64,000 bases of DNA from Alphaproteobacteria bacterium (GCA_045635565.1 JAZTVX010000054.1:568-64567), one strand, 5' to 3'; positions 8,057 to 16,740 are shown, numbered from the stretch's first letter. Numbers and translations: made by a program. Notes: generated from the letters alone by a model not told the origin.

Positions 8057-9322
8057 TTATTGACGAGAACGTCCCTGTGAACGTTTTTTTGTTTTACGAC
8101 GTTTCGTTTTGATTTTTTTGGGATGAATCTCTTTCGTTTGAGCATCTTTAAAACGTTCAATCGCCCGTTCAACCTTTTTCATGTACGGACGAACTTCCGG
8201 ACAATTGGTTTCAATAAAGGCTTGCATAATGGCCAATGACATCACAATGTCATAGTTGGCTTGTTTCTTTTCTTCTTCACTTTTTGTCGTTTCGATTAAG
8301 TGTTTAGAGCGAACAACAAGACCTAATGTTGCCATATCTCGATAGCATGAAGCACTAAACTGAACATTTTTCATGGCATCTGTCATACCGGCACGGTTGA
8401 TAAATTGTTGTTTAAAATCTTCTGATTCTTCTAATAAATGCAATACATATGGACTGGACATCAATCCACCACAAAAGAAAACATTTTGTGCTTTTGTCGT
8501 AGAAGCCATTGAACCGGTATGAGCCCCCAAATAAGCATTAAAAAATTTAAATGTTTTTAAAGCAATAACATCGCCACGATTTGCCAACGTTTCAATTTCT
8601 TCCGATGAAACACGTTGAGATTTTTGTGTTGGAATAAACCCATCCCGAAATGCATGATACACATTCGTAATTCCTGTTCCGGAAACAATATGTTCCATAA
8701 CGGGTTTTGTTCCTCGTTGAGCATAATGTTCATTTAAAATGCGTAATAATTTACGATTGTCTTCATTATCAACTTCATTTGAAAATTCAATATAGGGTAG
8801 GGTACTGTGGCCGGCTTCGGACGTGTAAATTGTTTGAGGGTGTTTACCGTTTTGTAAAATTAAACATGTTCCTAAACCTGTCCCCGGTCCAATAATGACA
8901 ACCTGACCTTGTGAAAAATCAGATGAGTTTTCTTTTCTGAAAATTGGACGATATTGTTCCGGTGTTAATTCCCCTAATGCCCAGCCTTGTAAAGCAAAGT
9001 CATTTACCAAACGAATGTGTCTGAAAAAAGGAAATTGTGCTTTTAATTTTGGTGCACTGGCCTTCCATGGCGTATTAGTGGTTAAAACTTCTCCGTTATA
9101 TTCATCAATGTTTCCGGCAGCGCCAATAACACAGAGAGTCGGTTGTTTGGTTTGTGTTGATAAATAATAAGAAACTGCTTGTTCAAAAGAGGTAAATTGA
9201 TCGCATTTGTATTTGGCATCAAAATTAACTTTTTCGCCTTCACCCTCGGTATATAAACCAAAACGAACATTCGTTCCACCGATATCACAGATTAAAACAA
9301 TTTGTTTTTGTTGATTTTGCAT
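8057..9322 (-). CDS. glk: Glucokinase with an extra C-terminal extension of about 80 aa ending in a polybasic tail
   Basis: N-terminal ICDIGGTNVRFGLY, IIGPGTGLG and GGL motifs of the Glk family. The extension IETTKSEEEKK...KKIKTKRRKTKKRSQGRSRQ lies beyond the usual Glk end. Confidence 0.8.
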   Translation of the reverse strand: MQNQQKQIVLICDIGGTNVRFGLYTEGEGEKVNFDAKYKCDQFTSFEQAVSYYLSTQTKQPTLCVIGAAGNIDEYNGEVLTTNTPWKASAPKLKAQFPFFRHIRLVNDFALQGWALGELTPEQYRPIFRKENSSDFSQGQVVIIGPGTGLGTCLILQNGKHPQTIYTSEAGHSTLPYIEFSNEVDNEDNRKLLRILNEHYAQRGTKPVMEHIVSGTGITNVYHAFRDGFIPTQKSQRVSSEEIETLANRGDVIALKTFKFFNAYLGAHTGSMASTTKAQNVFFCGGLMSSPYVLHLLEESEDFKQQFINRAGMTDAMKNVQFSASCYRDMATLGLVVRSKHLIETTKSEEEKKQANYDIVMSLAIMQAFIETNCPEVRPYMKKVERAIERFKDAQTKEIHPKKIKTKRRKTKKRSQGRSRQ

Positions 9323-9324
9323 AA

Positions 9325-9933
9325 TTAGACCTCTCTTTGTTGTAATGCTTTTTGTATGTACATATTCGGTTTGGGAATGCCCCGTGTGAACCGATACTGT
9401 ATGCAGATTCTGTTAAGTTGCAAACGATCTTCATCTGTTGCTGCCAGATTTAAATGGGCGTTGTTTTGAGATGACAGACGAAATCCATCTGTTTTATAAG
9501 AAATAATTTGGGATAGGATGTGCATAAAATATATGACGTCTTTTCTATCGGTAAACAATTGAGAACTCGACGTTCTGCTTTGAGGTTGTACAAGTGCTTC
9601 TTTCCCGTCAAAAACAGCAATGGATTCTGCAAAATCCTGTAACGGTTCAACAAATTTTGAATCTGTCATTTGATATGCACAAACCTTGTATCCGTTTTTA
9701 TCTAAAGAATCTTCCAGTTTTGATGCACGTAACGGAGATATGATATCGATGAGCCCGTTTTTGTCGTGTGTGAAATTGATTAAGTCGGTTTCAAGTGATG
9801 TTTTATGAAATATTAAACCGGTCGCACGATGCAAAACCTGTTCCGTTAGAGATGGCAGAAACAAAAAAATATGAGATTGAGCATTTCGCACACATTCTCT
9901 GAGTTTATGATAAAAACTACCAACAGATTGCAT
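9325..9933 (-). CDS. Hypothetical protein, co-transcribed with glk
   Basis: SD AAGGAG. 202 aa, with its stop 2 nt before the glk start. No family recognised. Confidence 0.55.
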   Translation of the reverse strand: MQSVGSFYHKLRECVRNAQSHIFLFLPSLTEQVLHRATGLIFHKTSLETDLINFTHDKNGLIDIISPLRASKLEDSLDKNGYKVCAYQMTDSKFVEPLQDFAESIAVFDGKEALVQPQSRTSSSQLFTDRKDVIYFMHILSQIISYKTDGFRLSSQNNAHLNLAATDEDRLQLNRICIQYRFTRGIPKPNMYIQKALQQREV

Positions 9934-10056
9934 AAAATCTCCTTATAAAAGTTTGTGCAGTATATCATATTTTCATGTATTGTGTCAATGATTTTTTGTT
10001 TTTTGTCACTTGACGTTTATTTGAAACCGTTGTATCTTGCTTTAGAAAGGTTAAAA

Positions 10057-10347
10057 ATGATAACTCAAAAAGAAAAAGGAATTTATATCGCTGTTCGTGT
10101 TTCTCCGAATGCAAAACGAAGTGGTATTGAGGGAATATGGCAGGAAAAAGCATTTAAAATTGCTTTGCGGGCTCCGGCTGTTGACGGTAAGGCGAATGAA
10201 GCCTTAATTGATTTCTTATCGGAATTATTTCATTTGAAAAAACGACAAATCGGAATTGTTCATGGCGAAACATCCCGTGAAAAAGTGATTTGCCTGAATG
10301 ATATTTCGTTAGATACTGTTCAAAAAATTCTTCAGTCGTTCATGTGA
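10057..10347 (+). CDS. DUF167 (YggU) family protein
   Basis: IAVRVSPNAKRSGIEG...LRAPAVDGKANEALIDFLSE...VHGETSREKV is typical of YggU. Start is placed at MITQKEKG; the ORF track starts at 9955. Confidence 0.8.
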   Translation: MITQKEKGIYIAVRVSPNAKRSGIEGIWQEKAFKIALRAPAVDGKANEALIDFLSELFHLKKRQIGIVHGETSREKVICLNDISLDTVQKILQSFM

Positions 10348-10391
10348 AAAATCAATAAAGGATAATGAAATTGTTTTTCATTCCCCTTTTT

Positions 10392-10730
10392 TCAGGTGTT
10401 ATTTATTATTTTCTTTTTTTCTGTGTGAAATTCACGTTCTGTGATAATGCCTTTATCTTTTAAATCAGATAATTTTTCTAATAATTCAAAGTTATTTTTC
10501 AATGTTTTATCGTTTGATGATACTTTGTTAATCCAGTTTTTAGGTTTCCAAATAAGTGATAAAATAATGGCGATTATCCATGTCGTTCCCCAAAATATTA
10601 TACCACACCAACTTAATACTTTGATTGCATATAACTCGCTATCACAAATACCTCTTTTTTTGGCTATTGTGATGGGTACTTGTGCCATCCAATAGCAAAA
10701 AAGACAGAATAGTATGAAAAGCAGAAGCAT
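10392..10730 (-). CDS. Small membrane protein with a superinfection-immunity-like N-terminus and a SHOCT C-terminal domain
   Basis: SD AAGGAG. VPITIAKKRG..VLSWCGIIFWGTTWIIAIILSLIW resembles the Imm_superinfect pattern. The C-terminal LEKLSDLKDKGIITEREF is a SHOCT motif. Confidence 0.6.
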   Translation of the reverse strand: MLLLFILFCLFCYWMAQVPITIAKKRGICDSELYAIKVLSWCGIIFWGTTWIIAIILSLIWKPKNWINKVSSNDKTLKNNFELLEKLSDLKDKGIITEREFHTEKKKIINNT

Positions 10731-10747
10731 TTACAACTCCTTTTATG

Positions 10748-11007
10748 TTAATTAAGTGTAATTATAATGCAGAATAAGTGATATCCCCAATATTCTTTTC
10801 TTCTTGCTCTCCCTGAAAAACAAAAATATTTTTTCGTTATACATTCAACAAAGTATTGCCATAAAGATTTTTCTTTTGTTTGCTTAGTTGGAGTAGGTTT
10901 TTTTTTCTGGTTTTCTAAAATAATTTTTTTTGATGTTCAAATTCAGTCTGTGTAATGATGTTTTTTTCTTTTAATTTATCAAGTTTTTCTAACGCTCCTT
11001 GTTCTAG
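10748..11007 (-). pseudogene. Gene relics: a SHOCT C-terminal fragment (10915-11007) and a start-less, truncated DUF805 N-terminal fragment (10748-10936, other frame)
   Basis: Hand translation gives LEQGALEKLDKLKEKNIITQTEFEHQKKLF* and ..SLWQYFVECITKKYFCFSGRARRKEYWGYHLFCIIITLN*. The FSGRARRKEYW motif is the DUF805 signature. There is no start codon, and the frames meet at a poly-A/T tract (10924-10931). Confidence 0.5.
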
Positions 11008-11014
11008 TTATCAT

Positions 11015-11221
11015 AAAAATACCACCTTGATGAGAGGTGGCAGGAAGTTAGAACCTATTTAAACAGAAATAGTGTAGTTTATTTGGCACAATGGTACGTA
11101 CCTCTCCTTATGCTTTATTAACTACCTTCCTGCCATAGCAAAAAGGTAGTTTTACGTTCTAAAAAGAACAACTGTTTAAGAGAGGGTTCTAAACCTCACA
11201 TCGGTCATCAACCGATGCATT
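11015..11221 (-). ncRNA. Candidate structured RNA of about 205 nt, unclassified (alternative: MITE-like insertion)
   Basis: It has its own extended -10 promoter and an intrinsic terminator (CCACCT/AGGTGG plus T-run, 11014-11040). Long-range pairings: GGCAGGAAG (11039-47) with CTTCCTGCC (11126-34), AACTACCTT (11120-28) with AAGGTAGTT (11143-51), and a TTAAACAG/CTGTTTAA plus TTAGAACC/GGTTCTAA helix. All frames are full of stops. Confidence 0.35.
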
Positions 11222-11227
11222 TATCGG

Positions 11228-11254
11228 ACTATAACATTATTAAAGTGAAGTCAA
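11228..11254 (-). promoter_or_regulatory. Promoter of the candidate RNA
   Basis: Minus strand reads TTGACT (11254-11249), 15-nt spacer, then extended -10 TGTTATAGT (11236-11228). Confidence 0.35.
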
Positions 11255-11291
11255 CACAAAACTGATGATGTTATGTTTATAAAAAAAGTAT

Positions 11292-11320
11292 AAAAAAAGG
11301 CGTTTCATTGAAACGCCTTT
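11292..11320 (-). terminator. Terminator of rpsA
   Basis: 10-bp stem AAGGCGTTTC/GAAACGCCTT with a 3-nt loop, followed by a T-run on the minus strand. Confidence 0.75.
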
Positions 11321-11335
11321 CTCGATTAGCCTTTC

Positions 11336-13039
11336 TTATTCGGCATCTGTTTTAGAAGATTTTTTTGTTTTTTTAGCCTTGGCTAAAGCATCTCCTAAAA
11401 TATCACCCAAAGAAGCACCGGCATTTGTTGCACCGAATTCTTCCATAGCTGCTTTTTCTTCGGCAACTTCACGAGCCTTAATTGACAATGTCAATTTGCG
11501 TGTTTTTGCATCGAATGAAGTTACTTTGGCATCAACTTTTTCACCGATAGCAAAACGTTCTGTTTTTTGTTCAGCACGGTCTTTTGCCAAATCTGTGCGT
11601 TTGATGAAGCCTTTGATTCCATTTACTTCAACTTCAATACCACCGTCTTCGATTGCAGAAACGATACCTGTGACGATTTCACCTTTTTTGATGTTTTCAG
11701 AAGCTGTTGCTAACGGATCTTCCGTCAATTGTTTAATACCGAGAGAAATCCGTTCTTTTTCAACATCAATGTCTAAAATCTTTGCTTTGACAACCATTCC
11801 TTTTTTGTAGTCTTTGATGGCTTCTTCGCTTGATTTTTCCCAAGACAAATCAGATGTGTGAATCATACCGTCAATGTCATCATTTAAGGCAACAAAAATA
11901 CCAAATTCAATCATATTTTTGATTTCACCTTCAATAACATCGCCGATGGTATGTGTATCACCAAATGCTTTCCATGGGTTTTCTTGAATTTGTTTCATAC
12001 CCAAGGAAATGCGACGTTTTGATTCATCAACGTCTAAAACAATACCTTCAACTTCTTGACTTAAAGAAACGATTTTGCTCGGATGAACGTTTTTCTTTGT
12101 CCAACTCATTTCTGAAACGTGGATTAAACCTTCAACACCCGGAGCCAATTCAACAAAGGCACCGTAATCCGTAATATTGCTGATTTTTCCTTTGAAGGAA
12201 GAATTTAACGGGAAACGTTCGTTGACACCAACCCATGGATCGCTGTCTAATTGTTTCATGCCTAATGAAATACGGCCTGAATCCGTATTGAATTTGATGA
12301 TTTGTACTTTAACCGGTTGACCGACTGTTAATACTTCTGCCGGATTTGTAATGCGTTTCCATGAAATGTCGGTAACGTGTAATAAACCATCAACGCCACC
12401 CAAATCAATGAAAGCACCGTAATCCGTGATGTTTTTGACTGTTCCTTCAACAACTTGACCTTCTGAAAGATTTTTAATGATTTCAGAACGTTGTTCGGCA
12501 CGTGTTTCTTCTAAAACAGCACGACGAGATACAACGATGTTACCACGAACACGATCCATTTTTAATAATGCAAACGGTTGAGCAACACCCATTAACGGTG
12601 TAACGTCACGAATCGGACGAACGTCAATTTGACTACCCGGTAAGAAAGCCGTTGCACCATTCAAATCAACAGTGAAACCACCTTTGACACGACCAAAGAT
12701 TGTACCGATAACATGTTCGCCTTTTTCCATGGATTTTTCCAAATCACCCCAGGCTTCTTCACGACGGGCTTTTTCACGTGATAAAACAACGTTACCGTTT
12801 TTGTCTTCATAACGATCAACAAAAACATCAACATCATCACCTAAATTCAGATTTTGAATGCCGAATTCCGTAACAGGGATACGTCCTTCGGATTTTAAAC
12901 CGACATCAACGATAACCATGTCATCATCAAAACCAACGATTTTACCGGAAATAACTTTTCCTTGTAAAGAACCTTTCCCCATAAATTCGTCTAATAAAGC
13001 GCCGAAATCTTCTGTCGCTTGGTTTACTTGTGTATTCAT
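11336..13039 (-). CDS. rpsA: 30S ribosomal protein S1
   Basis: Six S1 domains (repeated G.V..I..fGaFV.l pattern). 567 aa, in the cmk-rpsA arrangement. Confidence 0.95.
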   Translation of the reverse strand: MNTQVNQATEDFGALLDEFMGKGSLQGKVISGKIVGFDDDMVIVDVGLKSEGRIPVTEFGIQNLNLGDDVDVFVDRYEDKNGNVVLSREKARREEAWGDLEKSMEKGEHVIGTIFGRVKGGFTVDLNGATAFLPGSQIDVRPIRDVTPLMGVAQPFALLKMDRVRGNIVVSRRAVLEETRAEQRSEIIKNLSEGQVVEGTVKNITDYGAFIDLGGVDGLLHVTDISWKRITNPAEVLTVGQPVKVQIIKFNTDSGRISLGMKQLDSDPWVGVNERFPLNSSFKGKISNITDYGAFVELAPGVEGLIHVSEMSWTKKNVHPSKIVSLSQEVEGIVLDVDESKRRISLGMKQIQENPWKAFGDTHTIGDVIEGEIKNMIEFGIFVALNDDIDGMIHTSDLSWEKSSEEAIKDYKKGMVVKAKILDIDVEKERISLGIKQLTEDPLATASENIKKGEIVTGIVSAIEDGGIEVEVNGIKGFIKRTDLAKDRAEQKTERFAIGEKVDAKVTSFDAKTRKLTLSIKAREVAEEKAAMEEFGATNAGASLGDILGDALAKAKKTKKSSKTDAE

Positions 13040-13090
13040 ATAAATTCCTTAAAATAATTATAGTTGGCCACCCAAAGGCTTTTGGGGGAC

Positions 13091-13753
13091 TTATTGATTC
13101 CGCTCTTGAATAAAGCAGGCGACTTGAGCGTACACATCGTCTGCCGTCAAATCAGATGTATCCAAAATAAACGCATCGTCGGCCGGTTTTAATGGTGCTG
13201 TCGTGCGTTCGCTGTCTCGTTTGTCACGGGCAAGGATATCCGATAAAACATCTTCATATATAACACATAATCCTTTTAATTGCAACTCTTTAAAACGTCT
13301 TTTTGCACGAATTTCCGGTCGAGCCGTCAAAAAAATCTTATAATCAGCATCCGGACAGATGACCGTACCGATATCCCGACCGTCTAAAACAGCCCCTTTG
13401 GCAATGGTTCCGTCTTTTTTGACAGGGTGTTGTGCGAATCGACGTTGAAATTCAAATAAGGCTTCCCGTACACGGGGATAAGCCGATACAATGGAGGCGG
13501 CTTTTCCGTATTCTTCCGTTCTGATAACCGATTCGTCTTGTAGGTGTAACATTTTTTCACTTGAAAGACTTTTTGCGACTTCTACGGCTTTGTTTTCATC
13601 TTCCGGTGAATAACCGTTTTTCAACAGTTCATAACCAACCCCCCGATATAAAGCACCAGTGTCTAAATAAGCATAATCAAACACTTGTGCCAATTTAGAA
13701 CAAAGTGTTCCTTTCCCCGTTGCCGAACTGCCATCAATTGCAATAATACTCAT
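13091..13753 (-). CDS. cmk: Cytidylate kinase
   Basis: IIAIDGSSATGKGTL P-loop and DGRDIGTV. Start is placed at MSIIAIDG; the ORF track extends to 13828. Confidence 0.9.
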   Translation of the reverse strand: MSIIAIDGSSATGKGTLCSKLAQVFDYAYLDTGALYRGVGYELLKNGYSPEDENKAVEVAKSLSSEKMLHLQDESVIRTEEYGKAASIVSAYPRVREALFEFQRRFAQHPVKKDGTIAKGAVLDGRDIGTVICPDADYKIFLTARPEIRAKRRFKELQLKGLCVIYEDVLSDILARDKRDSERTTAPLKPADDAFILDTSDLTADDVYAQVACFIQERNQ

Positions 13754-13853
13754 ATCTGTTTTTTTTCCTTGTGTGTGTAAATTTTTATTGACAATTTGAA
13801 CATTACATGTAAAAGGCACAAATAACAAGTTTTTTTTTAATCGGAGGTTAATT

Positions 13854-14219
13854 ATGGCAAAAGAAACATGGGGTGCAAAACGTAAGTGCTTGAAATGTGG
13901 TGTGTTTTTTTATGATATGAATAAAAAAACATTTTCATGTCCGAAGTGTAAGGAAAAATATACGCCGGAATCGTACGAAGAATCAAAAACAAAGCAATTG
14001 ATGAAATTAGCTAAGAAAGCCGCTCCCAAAATTGATGATGAAAATTTGGATGAAGAAGCCTTGTTGAAAATGACGGAAGATGTTCCTTTGACAGACGAAG
14101 AATTGGGACCTGATGATTTGGAAATTTTGGATGATGACGGTGATTTGTCGGAACATGACGGTTCAGAATTGACAGGTATGGTTGATCATTATGATGATGA
14201 GGAAAATAACGAGCATTAA
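13854..14219 (+). CDS. FYDLN-acid family zinc-ribbon protein (TIGR02300-like)
   Basis: N-terminal KRKCLKCGVFFYDMNKKTFSCPKCKEKY followed by a highly acidic tail. SD GGAGG. Confidence 0.75.
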   Translation: MAKETWGAKRKCLKCGVFFYDMNKKTFSCPKCKEKYTPESYEESKTKQLMKLAKKAAPKIDDENLDEEALLKMTEDVPLTDEELGPDDLEILDDDGDLSEHDGSELTGMVDHYDDEENNEH

Positions 14220-14795
14220 ATGATGGAAAACCGACAATCATTTCATTCTTTGAAAGGACATTTCTTGGTTGCAATGCCTCAAATCGATGATCTGCGATTT
14301 GAAAAGGCTGTTATTTATCTTTATGAACATACACCACAAGGGGCAGCTGGTATTGTTATCAATCGACCGGCTGAACGGATGTCTTTTGTGGAAATATTGA
14401 AACAATTAAAGATAAAACACGAACAATTAACTTATGAACCGACAATTGTATTGGGTGGTCCCGATAAATTTACGAATGGTTTTATTTTACACACATCTGA
14501 TTATGAAACAGATGCAACGCAATGTATCAGTGAAGATATTTGTTTAACGGCAACACAAGAGATTTTGTATGATATTTCGCAAGGGCATGGTCCGTCTAAG
14601 AGTTTGATTTCTTTGGGGTGTGCAACGTGGATTAGTGGACAATTGGAAGATGAAATCATGAGTAATGTTTGGTTAACGGCACCTGCTGATGCAGATGTTA
14701 TTTTTGATGTTCCTTTTTCGAAACGGTGGCATTTAGTGCTGAACAAAATGGGCATACAATCTCACTTTTTATCAACTGAATATGGAAAAGCCTGA
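14220..14795 (+). CDS. YqgE/AlgH family protein (UPF0301)
   Basis: GHFLVAMPQIDDLRFEKAVIYLYEHTPQGAAGIVINRP is typical of the family. Confidence 0.85.
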   Translation: MMENRQSFHSLKGHFLVAMPQIDDLRFEKAVIYLYEHTPQGAAGIVINRPAERMSFVEILKQLKIKHEQLTYEPTIVLGGPDKFTNGFILHTSDYETDATQCISEDICLTATQEILYDISQGHGPSKSLISLGCATWISGQLEDEIMSNVWLTAPADADVIFDVPFSKRWHLVLNKMGIQSHFLSTEYGKA

Positions 14796-15922
14796 TGATT
14801 AAAAAAATATATGTCGGAGTTGCATTAACGGTTTGTTTTATCGCATTGGGGGTTGCATTACCAATCGGGGCTGTTGATGAAAAACCGTTGATATCTGTTG
14901 TAATGCCGACATATAATCGTGAGGATTTGTTGCCTCGTTCCATTGAATCCATTTTAAATCAAACGGTGAAAGATTTTGAATTTGTGATTGTTGATGACGG
15001 TTCAACGGATGACTCTGTTAAATTGATTCAATCATACCAAGCCAAGGATAAACGGATACGGCTTGTTCGTAATCCAAAAAATTGTGGGATTGCTTGTGCC
15101 AGAAATCGGGGAATGGATGAAGCCAAAGGTAAATATTTAGCCATTATGGACAGTGATGATTATTCCGAACCGAATCGTCTGGAAAAGTCGTTAGCTTTTT
15201 TCAAAAAACATCCGGATTATATTGCCGTGAACAGTGTTTATTATGAAATGGGACGTGAGGCCAAAGGAGTTAATAATTGGGTTCCACCTCGTCGCTGGGA
15301 AATTATTTATCACTTTGCTAATTATTATACAAATTTGGCCATGTTTGATTTGGAATTTGCACGAAAAAATGGCATACGGTATGATGAGACATTGATTTCG
15401 GCTGAAGATTATGACTTTTGGTCACGATTATGGTTGGCCGGTGGTAAATTAGGTATGATTAACGAACCCTTGTTGAGGTTGCGTCGGCATACGTCATATC
15501 CGAAGAAATATTACGAAACCATTATGGAAATGCGTAAAGTCATTAGTGCCAGATTATTGGAACGATTTGGTATTTCCAAAGAAGAAGCCTATCAGGGTAA
15601 TCGTTGTTATTTAATGGATAAAATGATTAAAGCCAATGAAAAAAAACAGATTGTCAATCAATACGCTTTGATATTGACGTACAAAAAACAATGCACGAAT
15701 GAATTGTTGCCCGCTGGTTCTTTGTATATAAAACATTTTGATTTTATTGATAATTTTTTCTGGGTTGACGAAAAACGATATGTACGAGCAGAAAATCAGG
15801 ATGAATATCAATTGGTTGAACAAACAAATGAAGTGTTAGTTTTGAAAAATCCGAAAGGAAAAAACGAAACATATCATCGTCAGACAGATGGTTCGTGGGG
15901 ATTGGTTGAAGATTTAAACTGA
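14795..15922 (+). CDS. Family 2 glycosyltransferase (GT-A) with an N-terminal signal/anchor and a C-terminal extension; paralogue of 50511-51731
   Basis: ISVVMPTYNREDLLPRSIESILNQT..FEFVIVDDGSTDDS and DxD (MDSDD). Hydrophobic N-terminus IYVGVALTVCFIALGVALPIGAV. The start overlaps the upstream stop (TGATG). Confidence 0.8.
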   Translation: MIKKIYVGVALTVCFIALGVALPIGAVDEKPLISVVMPTYNREDLLPRSIESILNQTVKDFEFVIVDDGSTDDSVKLIQSYQAKDKRIRLVRNPKNCGIACARNRGMDEAKGKYLAIMDSDDYSEPNRLEKSLAFFKKHPDYIAVNSVYYEMGREAKGVNNWVPPRRWEIIYHFANYYTNLAMFDLEFARKNGIRYDETLISAEDYDFWSRLWLAGGKLGMINEPLLRLRRHTSYPKKYYETIMEMRKVISARLLERFGISKEEAYQGNRCYLMDKMIKANEKKQIVNQYALILTYKKQCTNELLPAGSLYIKHFDFIDNFFWVDEKRYVRAENQDEYQLVEQTNEVLVLKNPKGKNETYHRQTDGSWGLVEDLN

Positions 15923-15939
15923 ATCAAAACGGAGGATAT

Positions 15940-16740
15940 ATGAAATTCTTAAAAATGTTTGGAATCGGTTTGATTTGTTTACTGTCATCGCAGGTATGTG
16001 CCGTCACGGACGCCGTTTTGGACGGACGGGCTAAAAAATTACCTTATGACCAAGGTCAATCCGTGCAACAGATTGTTCAAAATTTGACGGATGGTTTAGA
16101 TACTGATATGGAAAAGGCACGTGTTTTGGCTTCTTTTGTTGCCTTTCAACTAGATAGAAACGGTTATGCTGAACGTGTATTGGAAAAGGCCTCTCAACAA
16201 AATAAACCGGCAGATAAGATGCCGACGAATGATATTTTAAAAACACGAATTGGTACGCCACAGGAATACGCCACTTTGTATAATCAATTATGTCAGGCGG
16301 CAGGTCTGAGTGCCGTTAAAATAGATGGTTATGCCGGTCAAAATATTCAATCACCTGACAGAAAAGATCCGGCTGGATTGCAGGCTGTTCGTCACAGTAT
16401 GATGCAATTGACAGGGTTGCCTGATTTCAGAATGCAACGTTATGAATCTTCGTGGAATGCTATCGAGATTGATGGTCGTTGGATTTTGGTTGATACCTAT
16501 CGCATGATTTTCGGAAAAAGGAGTGTTGGTAAGGAAATATCTTCTGATAAACAGATGATTCGTTTTTTAAAGCAACGGGAAAGAAAAGGATTTCATGGAA
16601 ATGAATTATCGCAAGGAAAACGAATTGATGAAGATTATTTTGATGCAAAACCACAACAGTTTGTGAAGACACACTATCCTTTGAATCCCAAATGGCAATT
16701 GCTTCCTGTTCCGAAAACGTGGCAATCTTTTTTGAGATAA
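15940..16740 (+). CDS. Exported transglutaminase-like protein, probably catalytically inactive
   Basis: Signal peptide MKFLKMFGIGLICLLSSQVCA. Core GTPQEYATLYNQLCQAAGLSAVKIDGY...SSWNAIEIDGRWILVDT matches the G.C..FA...GIPAR.V.GY...HAW.EV..g.W...D pattern, with Cys replaced by Pro and His by Ser. Confidence 0.55.
   Translation: MKFLKMFGIGLICLLSSQVCAVTDAVLDGRAKKLPYDQGQSVQQIVQNLTDGLDTDMEKARVLASFVAFQLDRNGYAERVLEKASQQNKPADKMPTNDILKTRIGTPQEYATLYNQLCQAAGLSAVKIDGYAGQNIQSPDRKDPAGLQAVRHSMMQLTGLPDFRMQRYESSWNAIEIDGRWILVDTYRMIFGKRSVGKEISSDKQMIRFLKQRERKGFHGNELSQGKRIDEDYFDAKPQQFVKTHYPLNPKWQLLPVPKTWQSFLR

Noticed and set aside
11015-11221. Assigning the structured element to tmRNA, SRP RNA, RNase P RNA, 6S RNA or a hammerhead ribozyme
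   Set aside because: It has no tRNA-like acceptor/CCA or tag ORF. It lacks the SRP GGAA-tetraloop helix-8 motif and the GAGGAAAGTCC RNase P motif. The fold is not a single long 6S-type hairpin. TTGATGAG lacks the exact CUGAUGA core and partner elements. It is left unclassified.
11379-11810. 143-aa plus-strand ORF inside rpsA (also 11953-12174 and 12858-13043)
   Set aside because: These are antisense shadow ORFs of a highly conserved gene, with low-complexity Ser/Ala/Ile-rich translations and no SD.
13754-13828. N-terminal extensions suggested by the ORF track (cmk 13828, rpiB 61534, lipoprotein 43573, DUF167 9955, ybeY 31910, ftsY 33638, 6330-7016)
   Set aside because: Internal ATGs preceded by SD sequences coincide with the conserved N-termini of the families. 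The extensions are hydrophobic or low-complexity read-through of intergenic DNA.
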